A DNA stretch of 64,000 nt. Origin: Flectonema sp. DT1601 (taxonomy: Eukaryota). A program made the position numbers and the translations under genes. The notes beneath the pieces were generated by a model. The model saw only the letters and a list, made by a program, of their open reading frames with translations, was not told the origin of the DNA and ran no database searches. Below, piece by piece: positions 43,901 to 56,455 of the stretch. Position 1 is the first letter of the stretch, and the number at the start of each line of letters is the position of its first letter. The DNA lies in NCBI GenBank assembly GCA_964019425.1, contig OZ025782.1, positions 744,001 through 808,000 of the forward strand. Reading direction: 5' to 3'.

Positions 43901-44988
43901 GAAGAACTAAATCCAATATTGTTAGTTGCGTTTACTATAACGTATTCAATGGCTTGGAAGAAGTACGTTGACGAAGATCCAATTATAGCTTTAGGCAAGG
44001 CAAGAAAACTTATAGAACTTAATGCTCAAAAGAGAGAGAATATGATAGCTGCTGACTGCTCAGCTGTAAGTGGAAGTAGTGTTGCTAGTGTCGGTTCAAC
44101 AACAACAGCATCAGATTCTGATGTCTCAGATTCACTTAATGTGACACATCAATTACTTGGAACTGTTAGTAAGTTACGTCTCGCAGATGATAAGACTGAT
44201 GAGACTAAATCAGAACCTCTCTCACCATTCACACCAATTGATATCTTAGTTAAAAGTGAACTTGGTATTACTTTACGACTATCAGACTCACTTGATTATG
44301 TTGGTGAGATATTCTCACACTCGAACAGACATGTTGAAGATTCCGTTGCAACTAAATTGGCAGTTCTCTATCTCGAATGTGATCAGCCATTACCAACTGA
44401 AACACTTCGATCTCACTCTATGAGTTTAGCTCGTATTATCGAGTCTTATGGGTTGCTTTTATTTTATTACTCTTGGCTTCAATCAGAATTTAGTTCACCA
44501 TTCAACACTTTTATTATTGAAACACATCCTGATGCTTATTGCTGGTTACTTTCTGTTAATCCTTTTGAAGGAATGGTGTGTGCTTTTATATATTTATTTT
44601 TTATCTTAAAAGATTCTTTAGTAAAATTACTTTTTAAAAAGAAAATTCATAAACTATTTGTTAATGATGATAAAAAAAACAACCAACCGCAGGAATCAAT
44701 TCCATCAAATTATAATCCCGAATGGGTAGCGATGAAGAATAGATGGGCGGGAGAGGTATGTATTGAAAAAAAGATGCCCCACCTACCCCCCCCCGAGCTT
44801 ATTTATTATAATGTAAAGTATTTACGTCAATCGCGGAGTGTATACCTACACTAACATTACCTTTAGTCAACTGTATCTCAGAACTGATGTTAAATTATCG
44901 TTATGTTGTTTTACATTTGTATTTTACGTACAAACACGAACAGTTAACCCCCCGAGCTTGTTTTCGTCAGCATCGTGCCTGCAACTAA
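40907..44988 (+). CDS. Large protein with N-terminal Dpy-30/RIIa-type docking domain, IQ motif and degenerate paladin/PTP-like regions; probable exons 40907-44575, 44693-44755, 44944-44988
   Basis: ARNYLVEKNVMGVIEEGLAVLLQERPKDPVAKLAEVL (docking domain); ISSAFRGYSGRK (IQ-like); VPNWRR...GWKRVIDYI loosely resembles paladin. The 3' introns are inferred from GTGTGT/GTATGT donors and A-rich CAG acceptors. Confidence 0.65.
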
Positions 44989-45244
44989 TAAAATAGTCGA
45001 TTGACTCACAAAAACACAGCAAACCCTCCCTACACGCGTAAGCTGACGACCTTACAACAAGTTAGGTATTTCTTTTTGTAAATAATAACCTTGATTAGCA
45101 GTAGTGTATTGTACACGATGAATATTCTCTTCTCAGTAGACATGACATTCAACGATGTGGTTTGTTGGAGTGAAATTATCCGTCCGTTGAATATTGGTAA
45201 TTAAAGCTGTCGAATTACTATTTTCTTTACAGGAAGGAAAAACG

Positions 45245-48200
45245 ATGGTTTCCTTTAAGAGTGCGGCTGTTGCGCGACTCTTTGCAGTTGCGATTGTGGG
45301 GTGCGTAGCACAGCAAACACCAGTTCCGCTGACTCCTTCACCACCACAGCAGACATCAGTCCCTAACACACCTGCTCCACCTCGTCAGACACCAATTCCT
45401 CTTACGGGCATGCCAACGGGTGTTCCAAATACAAATGCTCCACCACGACAGACTTCAGTTCCTGATACTGTGTCGCCATTCGCATTTCCACCCACTTCAG
45501 TTCCAAATACAAATTCACCGACCTTTATATCTCATGTCCCTCAAACGCCATCACCGGCAGCACAGACACCTGTTCCTCTAACAGTAAGTCCTTCTTACAC
45601 GCAGGGTCCTAATTCATTCGGGACTCCTACTCCAGGTGGTACCTTAGCTCCACTACCAGTTACGACTCCTGTTCCGGATACGTCATCACCAGCTATTCAG
45701 ACTTCTGTTCCTATTACAAGTGTTCCATTACCGCAGTCACCTGTTCCTGTAACTACTTCACCTGCTTTGACACCTGTTCCTATTACGGGATCTCCTCCAT
45801 TTCAAACACCCGTTCCTATAACAGAAGTACCTACACTTGTACCAGTGACACCTTCACCACCTATGCAGTCTCCTACTCCAATGACACCTTCACCACCTCG
45901 TCAGACTCCTGTTCCAAATACGCCTTCACCAGTATGTATTATTGTTTTACTTTATGTGAGTAGTTGAGATAATGCTTAGAGTCATGTTGATGTTAAATAA
46001 CAATCATTTTACTAAATCAAACAGACTTTAATCCCTACGGCCGTGCCAACAGCAGCACCAACTTCAGTTCCTACCACGGTGCCAACTGTTGTTCCAACAG
46101 TTGCGCCAACAGCTGTGCCAACAGTAGTACCGACTAACACTCCGGGTGCTCCACCTACTGCCGTACCAACGAGTGTTCCGATTCCGCCAACTGTCGTTCC
46201 GACAGCTGCGCCAACAGCTGTGCCAACAGTAGTACCGACTAACACTCCGGGTGCTCCACCTACCGCCGTACCAACGAGCGTTCCGATTCCACCAACTGCC
46301 GTGCCGACAATGGCGCCAATGCTGACGCCTGTTCCTGTCGTTCCAACAGCTGTACCAACAGCTGCGCCAACAGCTGTGCCAACAGTAGTACCGACTAACA
46401 CTCCGGGGGCTCCACCTACCGCCGTACCAACGAGTGTTCCGATTCCGCCAACTGTCGTTCCAACAGCTGCGCCAACAGCTGTGCCAACAGTAGTACCGAC
46501 TAACACTCCGGGGGCTCCACCTACCGCCGTACCAACGAGTGTTCCGATTCCGCCAACTGTCGTTCCAACAGCTGCGCCAACAGCTGTGCCAACAGTAGTA
46601 CCGACTAACACTCCGGGTGTTCCACCTACCGCCGTACCAACAAGTGTTCCGATTCCACCTACTGCCGTGCCGACAATGGCGCCAATGCTGACGCCTGTTC
46701 CTGTTGTTTCAACAGCTGTTCCAACAGTAGTACCGACTAACACTCCGGGTGTTCCACCTACCGCCGTACCAACGAGTGTTCCGATTCCACCAACTGCAGT
46801 GCCAACAATAGCACCAATAACGCCTCTTCCGACCTCCGTACCAACAACCGTCCCAACGTCGGTGCCAACTAATACCCCGGGTGTCCCACCCACCGCCGTG
46901 CCGACATGGGTTCCAACGTCGGTGCCAACTAATACCCCGGGTGTTCCACCAACCGCCGTGCCAACAACCGTCCCAACGTCGGTGCCAACTAATACCCCGG
47001 GTGTCCCACCCACCGCCGTGCCGACATGGGTTCCAACGTCGGTTCCAACTAATACCCCGGGTGTTCCGCCTACTGCCGTGCCAACAACCGTCCCAACATC
47101 GGTGCCAACTAATACCCCGGGTGTTCCGCCTACTGCTGTGCCGACATGGACTCCAACGTCAGTGCCAACTAACACCCCGGGTGTTCCGCCTACTGCCGTG
47201 CCAACAACCGTCCCAACATCGGTGCCAACTAACACCCCGGGTGTTCCGCCTACTGCTGTGCCGACATGGACTCCAACGTCGGTGCCAACTAACACTCCGG
47301 GTGTTCCGCCTACTGCCGTGCCAACAACCGTCCCAACATCGGTGCCAACTAATACCCCGGGTGTTCCGCCTACTGCTGTGCCGACATGGACTCCAACGTC
47401 AGTGCCAACTAACACTCCGGGTGTTCCGCCCACTGCCGTGCCAACAACTGCCCCAACATCGGTGCCAACTAACACCCCGGGTGTTCCGCCTACTGCCGTG
47501 CCGACATGGACTCCAACGTCAGTACCAACTAACACTCCGGGTGTTCCGCCTACTGCCGTGCCAACAACTGTCCCAACGTCTGTGCCAACTAACACCCCGG
47601 GTGTTCCGCCTACTGCCGTACCAACGTGGACTCCAACGTCAGTGCCAACTAACACTCCAGGTGTTCCGCCCACTGCCGTGCCAACAACTGTCCCAACGTC
47701 TGTGCCAACTAACACCCCAGGGGTTCCGCCTACTGCTGTGCCAACATGGATTCCAACGGTTGTGCCAACAACGGCAGTACCAACTAACACCCCGGGTGTT
47801 CCTCCTACTGCCGTGCCAACACGAGCTCCAACAGCAGCTCCAAGTACTCCAACGCCAACCTCACCCCCAGTTCAGGAAAAGATCTGTCTTGTCCCTACGC
47901 CTGACCGTGACTGCACAAATAAGAGCGCCGTTCCATGCGTCCTACAAGACGCTTATGTTGATATGGTAGTAGACGGCTTGAGAGAAGACTTGCAGATTAC
48001 TGTCAACGAAACGGCAACTGTTAACAACAACTGCGACACAAGTTCGGCGTGTGATGCGGCGGGAAGTTGTGAGGTTGAGGTTTCAATTCCAAGCAGATCA
48101 TTATCTAAGTATGTATTACTAATTTATTTTATTGTACTTATCAGTAATTTGTTTATTAATCACGATGAGACTCTGCTCTGTACCTACTCACAATAAACAG

Positions 48201-48588
48201 ATTACAATCATGTTCACTCGGTCAAGGATCGTGCATCCAACTAGCTCAGGTCGGAATGGTTCAAAGTGCTGCTGTTACGACACCAAAAGATGATTCGAGT
48301 GATGATGGATTCCCGCTAATTGGGATTATATTAATTATTGCTGGTGTTTGTGTATTAGCTGGTGGTATTGCATTCATGGCACACTCGAAGCTGAATAGCA
48401 GTGGAAGCCTTACTTACCAAGACTTCACACAACACAGTCAAGTCTTAAGCAGAATTGAAGCAGCTGACAAGGATTTACATTCATATTACGATAACTATGA
48501 TACCTATGCTGGAAATGTTGATAATATGGGCAATCAGGGAGGATCAAACGAAATGCGTTCTATAAGCAGCCCAGGCAATTACCAATAA
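45245..48588 (+). CDS. Mucin-like Pro/Thr/Val-repeat type I membrane protein; exons 45245-45931, 46025-48108, 48201-48588
   Basis: Signal peptide MVSFKSAAVARLFAVAIVGCVA; long P/T/V repeats; Cys-rich juxtamembrane domain; TM LIGIILIIAGVCVLAGGIAFMA. Introns 45932-46024 and 48109-48200 join the three ORF-track pieces in frame. Confidence 0.88.
46030..47830 (+). repeat. Coding tandem repeat array; 60-nt (20-aa) unit alternating W/T variants from ~46835, longer composite units upstream
   Basis: Successive 60-nt lines 46861-47760 align in register (gtgccaactaaYacYccgggtgttccgcctactgccgtgccRaca...). Confidence 0.95.
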
Positions 48589-50835
48589 GGGTGCACAATT
48601 GTTACTTATGATAAAGTTTAAAAAGCCTCATCCTGAGGGGCTGTCAGTGATGCAGTACTCTTGCAGGACTAGTTTTATGTCCTCTTAATAATTATTTTAT
48701 TTGTAATGAAGGTCACAAATATGAAAGAAACGTACCTCATATATCTCAGCGTGTTTCTAGACTGGTATCGACAAAGACTAAAACATATGATTTTAGTGAT
48801 AGAATCGTTGAACAACATCGGGGTTGTTTTTAGACTTGTTTCACGATATTAAAAAAAAAAAAAAGTAGCTATCTTTCATATTTCCCTGTTATATGTCATC
48901 GTGGTAAATACTTAGACTAAGAAAAATTACCTATTTTTTCTTTTTTTTTTTCACTGGCATCTTTCCTCAATTGTTGGTTTGTACTATTTGTTACTTTCAT
49001 GCTGTATCGGTTATGGCCGTCTTTATATTACTTTTGGTTTGTTATTCCTCAACTGAAATACAACATTAAGAACAACCCTTTTCCCTTTCTTTAATCCCCA
49101 TTAGTTTTTACAGTTTTGGTTTTTTTTTTATTGTTTTTTTTTGGTTGAAGACCCCCACCATGTGTATGTTTGCGACTGTTTGTTGACGGGGTTGATTTCC
49201 CAAGCGTTCTGTCGGTAGGGTCTTTATTGATGAAATTAGTTTATTTATTTTTTTTTTTTAAATCTTGAAGTTAAGCATAAGAGAGTCTAAGGGGAAGAAA
49301 ACATATGAATTGGGGATCGGGGTGTTTATTAATTTTTTTTTTATATTTTAATTTTATTACTGTAGTGTACTTTGTGTGTTTTTTGTCTGCGATTGTGACT
49401 ATTCGATTATCTGATACCGGTTGGGTATTATGGTGATTTATACTTTCTTATTTTAATCATCATCTTATGGTTACAACTGACTTCCCAATGCCGCAAGTTT
49501 GTTGTTGTCATGACCGATGGTTGCATTCCCCCTTTTCTTATTTTTAAATTCCTTTTAATAACTGTTAGTTCTCTTACTGTTTGCGTCAAGGGGAGAAAAG
49601 ATAATGATCATACCGTTGAGAATAGTACATCTATTGTTAATCTTGCGGTTAAGCTTCTGAAACATAAAAAAAAAACTATAATTATCAGAAAACACTTTTT
49701 TTTTCAATAATTCGATGCAATTGTTTATTAAACCAGCACTTTTCCCCTCCCTCCCATTTATCGATTTATTTATCCAAGTCCCTCCCATTGTTATTTCCCT
49801 ATTTCTCCTAATTTAAAAAGGATTTGTTGTAGAAATTTACCAACTTTTTTTTTATATTTTTTTTTTCGTGTGTATTGTTGTGTTTCCCCGTTCCCCAGAT
49901 CATTGCTGTTGACCTAAACTCACAGTATTCTTATGGCTTCAAAGAAGCCTCCCATTGTAGATGCACTGTTCTACGAAAAAAAAGAAAAAAAATCAAGCAA
50001 GAACTATCTATTTGCACTAAGATCGCATTCACAAGAAACCTGTGTATCAATTAAAATAAAGATTACTGTGTTTTTTAATTTATTTTTTTTTTTCTTTTCC
50101 CGTCCTCAACAAATTATTTGTAGGAGAGAAAACGAATGTTTGCACGGTCGGTGCAAAAAAAAAAAAAAGAAAAGAGGAGAATATTACTCACCGAAAACGA
50201 GAGAAAAAATCAAGGGAATTTTATTTTGTGTGATTTTCCGTAAAACTTATGCTAAAAGGGAAAAAGGAGAAAAAGAAATCGGCTTTCACTTTTTACTTTT
50301 TTTACTCAATTTTTTAATGTTTTTGTTTGTGCAATAGGTACAAAAAATCCAATACAGGTAAGTGAAGGTCAATATTCTTTTTCTACCGAACGACAGGTTC
50401 GTAGGGTACAAAAAAAAAGAACAATAATTGAAAAACCAATATAAAAGCAAAGTAAGACCTTGAACAACCATTTATGATAACTACTGTCGCTCTATTATTT
50501 GTGTGCTGCGACCTTTGAACTCTCCCAGCTGTGGGTTCTTACTAGTAACAGCGATAGTTTGCTCTGCTGTTGATTTTTTTTCAAAAAAATAACTTTAATT
50601 CTTTTTCCCCCCTTTCTTTATATTTGCTACGCTAACTATTTAGAGTACCATTCCAAAAAGTCGATAGAGATGAAGCACGCAGTGAAACTAAAAGCAACAC
50701 CTGAGGGCTGTCAGTAACGTGCAGCACACTCGCCTCCTCCTCTCTTCGACTACAAAGATGCACAGCACGTCATTGTGACCTCCTGTCCATGGTATTTGTG
50801 CCCCCGCTGGTACTACAGTTTTTTCCTTGCGAATG

Positions 50836-50867
<32 letters not shown>

Positions 50868-53800
50868 CGAACATTTTAGTCATCGTAGGGTTCGACTGCT
50901 GTCAGTTATTTTCTTCACTATTCTGCGCTGTGTTAATTTAAATCATTTTTTTTATTCAACTTGTTTATGTAAGTAAACAAGTGTTTACTCTGTTTTTCAT
51001 TATAAATTGTCGATAACGATTACCCACTTTTTTTTTGTAACCTATAACAGATTTACTGAAGTGGAGGTCCGACGCAGTTACGACCATAAACTAACTGTCA
51101 TCTTACCTGATCCTTTTGTTTTCATTTCTGAGTGACATAGCTATGTGCTGCCCAACTTTTGTGATACTTTTATAAAGCTTTCGGTAAGCCCACAGTACAA
51201 TTATAATGCTTTGGACAACTGGGGGGTAAACGATCCTCAGTACTGTTCCGGGGGTTTCTATTTTTCTTTCGTGGTATGTGGGAGCATATGGCGTATTATA
51301 GAGAACGATTTTTTTAATTTACTCAGCCCGAAAACCAACCATTATATGCTTGTTGTCCTACGAATTTTTGCATTTGGTTTTTTTGATTTGACCGATACTA
51401 ATACCGACTTAAAGTGAGGAATGAGTGATTTAACTATTTATTGCAGAAGATATTTATTTTTCTTTAAATGGGCTTTTGTTACTAAGACATGTTGAAATCG
51501 TTTCTTCATTTTGTTATTTATTTGCGCATCCGTAACAGCTCGCAATCAGTTTTTCTACAACTCTCCTGATACGTGATTCCATTCCCAATTTACAAACAGT
51601 TCTTTTGTTGTTGTTGCTGCTTCAGTGCGGCAATGAGGTATAGGATTTTTTTTTTTTTTTTTTTTTTTCTTTTTTTGGTTTAACAACTCTTTGGAGAGAA
51701 TCTCGTTGACTTTCAAGAAAAAAAAAAGAACATAGTAGATACCAACGCAACACCAACTCTCTTGGGTACAAACAGAACGAAAATTAGCATAATTTGCATG
51801 CGTTGAACGATTTCATTGATGCTCGACCTGCCATCGCAATGATCGCACGACATACATCGATGTATGCATTTTGAACAGCAAGGAGAGACCAGTAACAAAT
51901 TGAGGTACCCCCCGATCTCCCCATTATCGCGAGTAAGGGTATTCCTCCACGCGGTCTCTTATTGATCAAAAATAAATAGAAAAAAGAACAGCACCAGGTT
52001 AGTCAAACAACAATCTCGTGCTTAATCTTGTTTCCTCCCTTTTCCTTCTTTTTACACACAACCTTTCATTGACGACAGAGATTCTTCCCGAAATGTCTCT
52101 CATTTTTGTTTATTCTTTTTAAAAAAAAAATAGTAGCCCATTATGAAAAAAAGAGATAAAGACCATCAACGTCTTCTCAAAGTAGCTTTTTATTAATAGT
52201 TCGTCTGTTTCTTGTTTCGTGCATTAGTCGTTTAACTTCGAATGTATACTTAGTGCGATATTGATAATTAATCTGATGAGGAAAAAAAAAAAAAAAAAAA
52301 AAAAAAGATTTTCCAGTATTTTTTTTGTTGCTTGAAGTATTGAGAGGCGGCAAAAAAGAAAGAAAAAAACACAATTCCCCCCAAAAGTTATAGATATTGC
52401 TTAATAAGCTTTTCTTTTTTCAGTTTAGCCTTAATACTTATTTTTAGTATTATAAGTTTAATACTGTTTCTACATTATCAACCAAAAAAAGTTATATAGG
52501 ATTTTGCTTGATGTAGTTGCAGGTAAAGCACTTTACGATGTGTCTGCCTTCTCACAATTAAAGATGTTAAGAAGAAAACTATTGAACAGAATTATAGTGA
52601 ACTTCTAGTACTAAAGAGTGGCTTGACCGTTTCCTTAGAACATGGATATCGGCTTTCGATTATTAGGTTTATCGTATCACACTAACCCACCCCCCGCAAG
52701 CCGAATGATCAATTTTGTGAAATGTAAAAGAACGAAGTAAATACGAAGTAGTTGGAAAAACGAATGTACGCATTTTGCTTCACTGCCTGCGTTGAATTTT
52801 ATTTTACAAAAAAAAGAAACAGGCGAGAAGGGGTTCTGTTTTTCTGCTCTCTCTCTCTCTCTATGTTTTAAAAAAACAAATAGAATAAAAAAAAAAAAAA
52901 AAAAAAGGAGATAATTCTCCCAATTGCTGCTAGTTTACGAAATCTCCCGATGGGATGATAAAAATCTTGGGGTGACAATAAAAAAAAAAGGTACCCCCTT
53001 AGTCACTAGTGAAAGCAATTACTCAACGTACAAGATCCGCGTACTTGTAAATTTGTCTGGTCATTTACGTCAGAAGCATTCACCTGCTCGGATAAAAGAC
53101 ACCTTTCCCGTGTCTTGCAAATAGCGGAATTATATTTCGACGCTCTAAACTGCAAGGGTTCAAGGCGCACAGACGAATTTCTTTCTTTTTTTGTTTTTTT
53201 TTTGGTTTTGTAAAATTTTTTTTTTTCGCTGCCAATATTATTGTGTATTAGTATAAAACAAAAATAAAATAAAATAAAATAAAAAGAAAAGTGTGTTGTA
53301 TTTTTAGCGTATTTGTTTTTTAAGTAGCTTGGTAAAAAAAAAACCTGAATGGTCTTATTCTTCTTTTTTTTACCTCTTATAAAAGCTGCCGGTACTGAGA
53401 CTGAAACAGAGCGAATCAATTTGTCGTTCTGAAGAATTTGTCTTGTGGCTCGAGGGCATCTTGAAGCCGTTGATGTTTTTTTTCTCCCTTAATGTCTTTC
53501 CAAATGTGAAGCTTATTTGTGTTAGATGATTTGTAAGGGGAAAGCGGAATAATTCAGACAAAGTCTTACACTTGTTGATAGCAGGCGGCAACACTGGATT
53601 CCTGACAGGTAACGACTTCTTTAATCTGAATGTTTCTCCCGACATCGTCGGTGCAAAAAAAAAAAAAAATAAGAAAAAAAAAAAAAGTAATAGAAAAACA
53701 TAGAGAATTAACCACAAAGTGAACTCAATTAGGAAGAACGGAACTTTAAAAAAAAAAAAAAAAAAAAAACAGAAAAGAATTATTACTTAGAATTCTTTTC

Positions 53801-53890
53801 ACCAGTCGGTTTAGTTGATAACAAGCTAATTAACGTGAATTCCAATATAAATATAAATCTTCAAAAGGGTTTTAACACAGTACACTAATT

Positions 53891-56149
53891 ATGTTATCTA
53901 GAAACACTAGAGAAGAAAGAGATCGCGAACTTGAAAACATCGGTCGGAGAATAGATGAATGGTCAAGTAGTGAATTAGATAATTACGCGATAAGATATTT
54001 TGATTCTGAAAAGAAGAATAGAAAGAAGAAAAGGAGAGAAAAGGAAGAACATCATGAAAAGGATCAAACTAGTCGACACCAACGAGGAAGACCACTTCCA
54101 ACACCTCCGGTTCTTGGATCAGATTTATGTACAGGAACGTTAACAGAAACAGATATTTCTGTTGTGAAAACATTTCCTGCAGTTATTCGAGCAGGTGAAG
54201 ACATTCTTGTCGAGAGACTAAAGTTTTCTGAAGAGAAGATGTCAGCTGCTGAACAAAAAGCAACTGCTTTAGCCATCGACTGTGAGAGTTATAAAATTAA
54301 GAACAAGAACCTCCAAGACAAGTTAACAAGAGCTGTCAATCAAATTACGACGATTTCTTCAGAATCTGAAATAAAAGAACAATCTCTCAATACTAAACTA
54401 GAACAGTTATCCTTACAACATTGTGAAATATCAAAACAATCTGCCAAGTGGAAATCAAAACATAATAAAGTAGTTGTTGAGAACGAGTCTTTAAAACAGG
54501 AACTCGTAAGAATATCAGCTACCAAAGACAAAGAATCTATTGAATTAAAGAACAACAACCGACTACATGCTGCAAGAAGTATTTCATTAAAAAACGAGGT
54601 TGATTCCCTTCGATCCCAATTGAACTCCGCAGAGTCGAACATTTCAACGAAGACGATGGAGCTAACGCAATCAAACGAAACTGTTAAACAATTAAATAAT
54701 CAGATATCACATAACTTAGATCCGCTTATAGAAAAACTTCAAAGAGAAAAAACTGACGTCATAGCGCAGTCTCACAGCATAAAACTAACTCAAGCAGAAT
54801 CAGTAAAGAATCAGGCCAGCTCTGCGAATATCATATCATCTCTAAAGGCTGCTAATGAGAGATTGAAGAATGATGTAAAACGCAAAGAGGAAGAAACACA
54901 GACGGCGTTTTCGCAATTATCGAAATGCAAGGCAAAGGCGAATGACGCGATTCAGGCTGCTGCTGAAGCAGAGATCCAAGTTGATGAATTAAGAAGACAT
55001 CTTGAACTGAGAAAGAAAGACATAACTAAACTACGAGTTCAGGAATCAACATCACGTGTTGAGAATATGAGTATTCAGTCTTCTTTGGCTGATGTTGATA
55101 AGCAGGTTTCTGATGCACAAATTCAACTGAGTACACACGAACAGACAATAAAGAAATTAAGATCAGAACTAGCTGATGCACAAGAAACCATAGACAACTC
55201 TGAACGTACAACAAAAAGACTTCGATCACAACTATTAAGAAGTACTGATGATAATAAATCCATGGAGTCTCAGATTCAATCAATGGAAAGATCTGTTCAG
55301 AACTCAAGAACTGAAACAGACAGACTTACCAAACAGTTGGGACAAACAACATCTGGATGGGAAGACACTCGTATTAAAATGCAAACAAAAATCCAAGAAC
55401 TGGAAGGACTTGCTGCCTCGTCAGAAACTGAAAAGCAAAAAGGCCAACTGGAAGTAGACTCAGCGAACATAAAACTTCAAGCGATGAAAGAATCAAACAC
55501 AAGATTACATCAACAGTTAGATGATGCTTCAGAAACCATATCAAAACTGAAGGAGGAGGATGAGTTAAAGTCTCTCGCAGCAGACAAAAAATTACAGCAG
55601 ACGTTAAAACTTTTAAATGATAAAAACCAACAGCATTACGACAATAAAGTTATTACACAAGTTGAGAATAACTTAACTGGTACAGCTTTATATCCAAGTG
55701 GGGCATTCACTCAGGCAATAACAACAGCAACAACAATACCTGCAGTAGAGAGAGAGGAAGTAAGACACAGTGATCCAAGTCCTTCTTCACCGAATGTCTC
55801 TGATATCGAAGGAGGAGGAGGAAATCATTTTGATCAAGAAACTGGGTCGTCTTCTTCTAACTTCGATGTTGATGAAGATGATGAAGAAGAGGAGGATGAA
55901 TCCGCATCTTATGCGAGTAGGAAAATTATCGACTCGCTCATCAAGCAAACCACTCTTCAATACGGAGCTTCTACTGAGAACCTTCGAGATATTCAGGCAC
56001 AGATTGCTGCAACTAATAAATCAATGAGCATTAATACTGATAAGGGTATCAAAGATATAAAACGAGCTCTTTCGACTAATCCTCCCAGAGTTAGAAAAAG
56101 AGTCGGCGGAAGTAGGAAACAAGAGATGTTGGATATGTTGAAAAAATAA
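53891..56149 (+). CDS. Coiled-coil protein of unknown function with acidic C-terminal region
   Basis: 752-aa ORF, heptad-rich core, acag upstream of the ATG. Confidence 0.78.
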   Translation: MLSRNTREERDRELENIGRRIDEWSSSELDNYAIRYFDSEKKNRKKKRREKEEHHEKDQTSRHQRGRPLPTPPVLGSDLCTGTLTETDISVVKTFPAVIRAGEDILVERLKFSEEKMSAAEQKATALAIDCESYKIKNKNLQDKLTRAVNQITTISSESEIKEQSLNTKLEQLSLQHCEISKQSAKWKSKHNKVVVENESLKQELVRISATKDKESIELKNNNRLHAARSISLKNEVDSLRSQLNSAESNISTKTMELTQSNETVKQLNNQISHNLDPLIEKLQREKTDVIAQSHSIKLTQAESVKNQASSANIISSLKAANERLKNDVKRKEEETQTAFSQLSKCKAKANDAIQAAAEAEIQVDELRRHLELRKKDITKLRVQESTSRVENMSIQSSLADVDKQVSDAQIQLSTHEQTIKKLRSELADAQETIDNSERTTKRLRSQLLRSTDDNKSMESQIQSMERSVQNSRTETDRLTKQLGQTTSGWEDTRIKMQTKIQELEGLAASSETEKQKGQLEVDSANIKLQAMKESNTRLHQQLDDASETISKLKEEDELKSLAADKKLQQTLKLLNDKNQQHYDNKVITQVENNLTGTALYPSGAFTQAITTATTIPAVEREEVRHSDPSPSSPNVSDIEGGGGNHFDQETGSSSSNFDVDEDDEEEEDESASYASRKIIDSLIKQTTLQYGASTENLRDIQAQIAATNKSMSINTDKGIKDIKRALSTNPPRVRKRVGGSRKQEMLDMLKK

Positions 56150-56455
56150 TACGTCGCGACTTCCTTCAGTAGCAGCTTCGTATAAAACATTCGACGCTTT
56201 TTTTAGATTATTAGTAGATATTTTTATTCTATTCCCTTCACATACTTACTTACCTACTTTTAGATTTCGTGTAGTACTTTTGGCATTTGGTCTTGCAGTC
56301 GTTATTTTATTGTCCTTCGAATACAACACGGCAGTTAGTAATGGTATTTATTCTTTCAGTCATTTATGTGGTGTGTGACCTCAGAGAACAGTATTTGATG
56401 TGTTTGTTTGACTTTCATATTCTTTCAGAACAAATAACAACACATCTCATCAACA

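Noticed and set aside
21408..44988. Clustering of flagellar genes (p28, kinesin-14, CEP290-like, docking-domain protein)
   Set aside because: Flagellar genes are numerous in flagellates; chance adjacency cannot be excluded.
46012..47969. 592-aa minus-strand ORF and 362-aa alternative-frame ORF over the mucin repeat
   Set aside because: Shadow ORFs of a stop-poor tandem repeat; only the P/T/V frame links to a signal peptide and TM domain by splicing.
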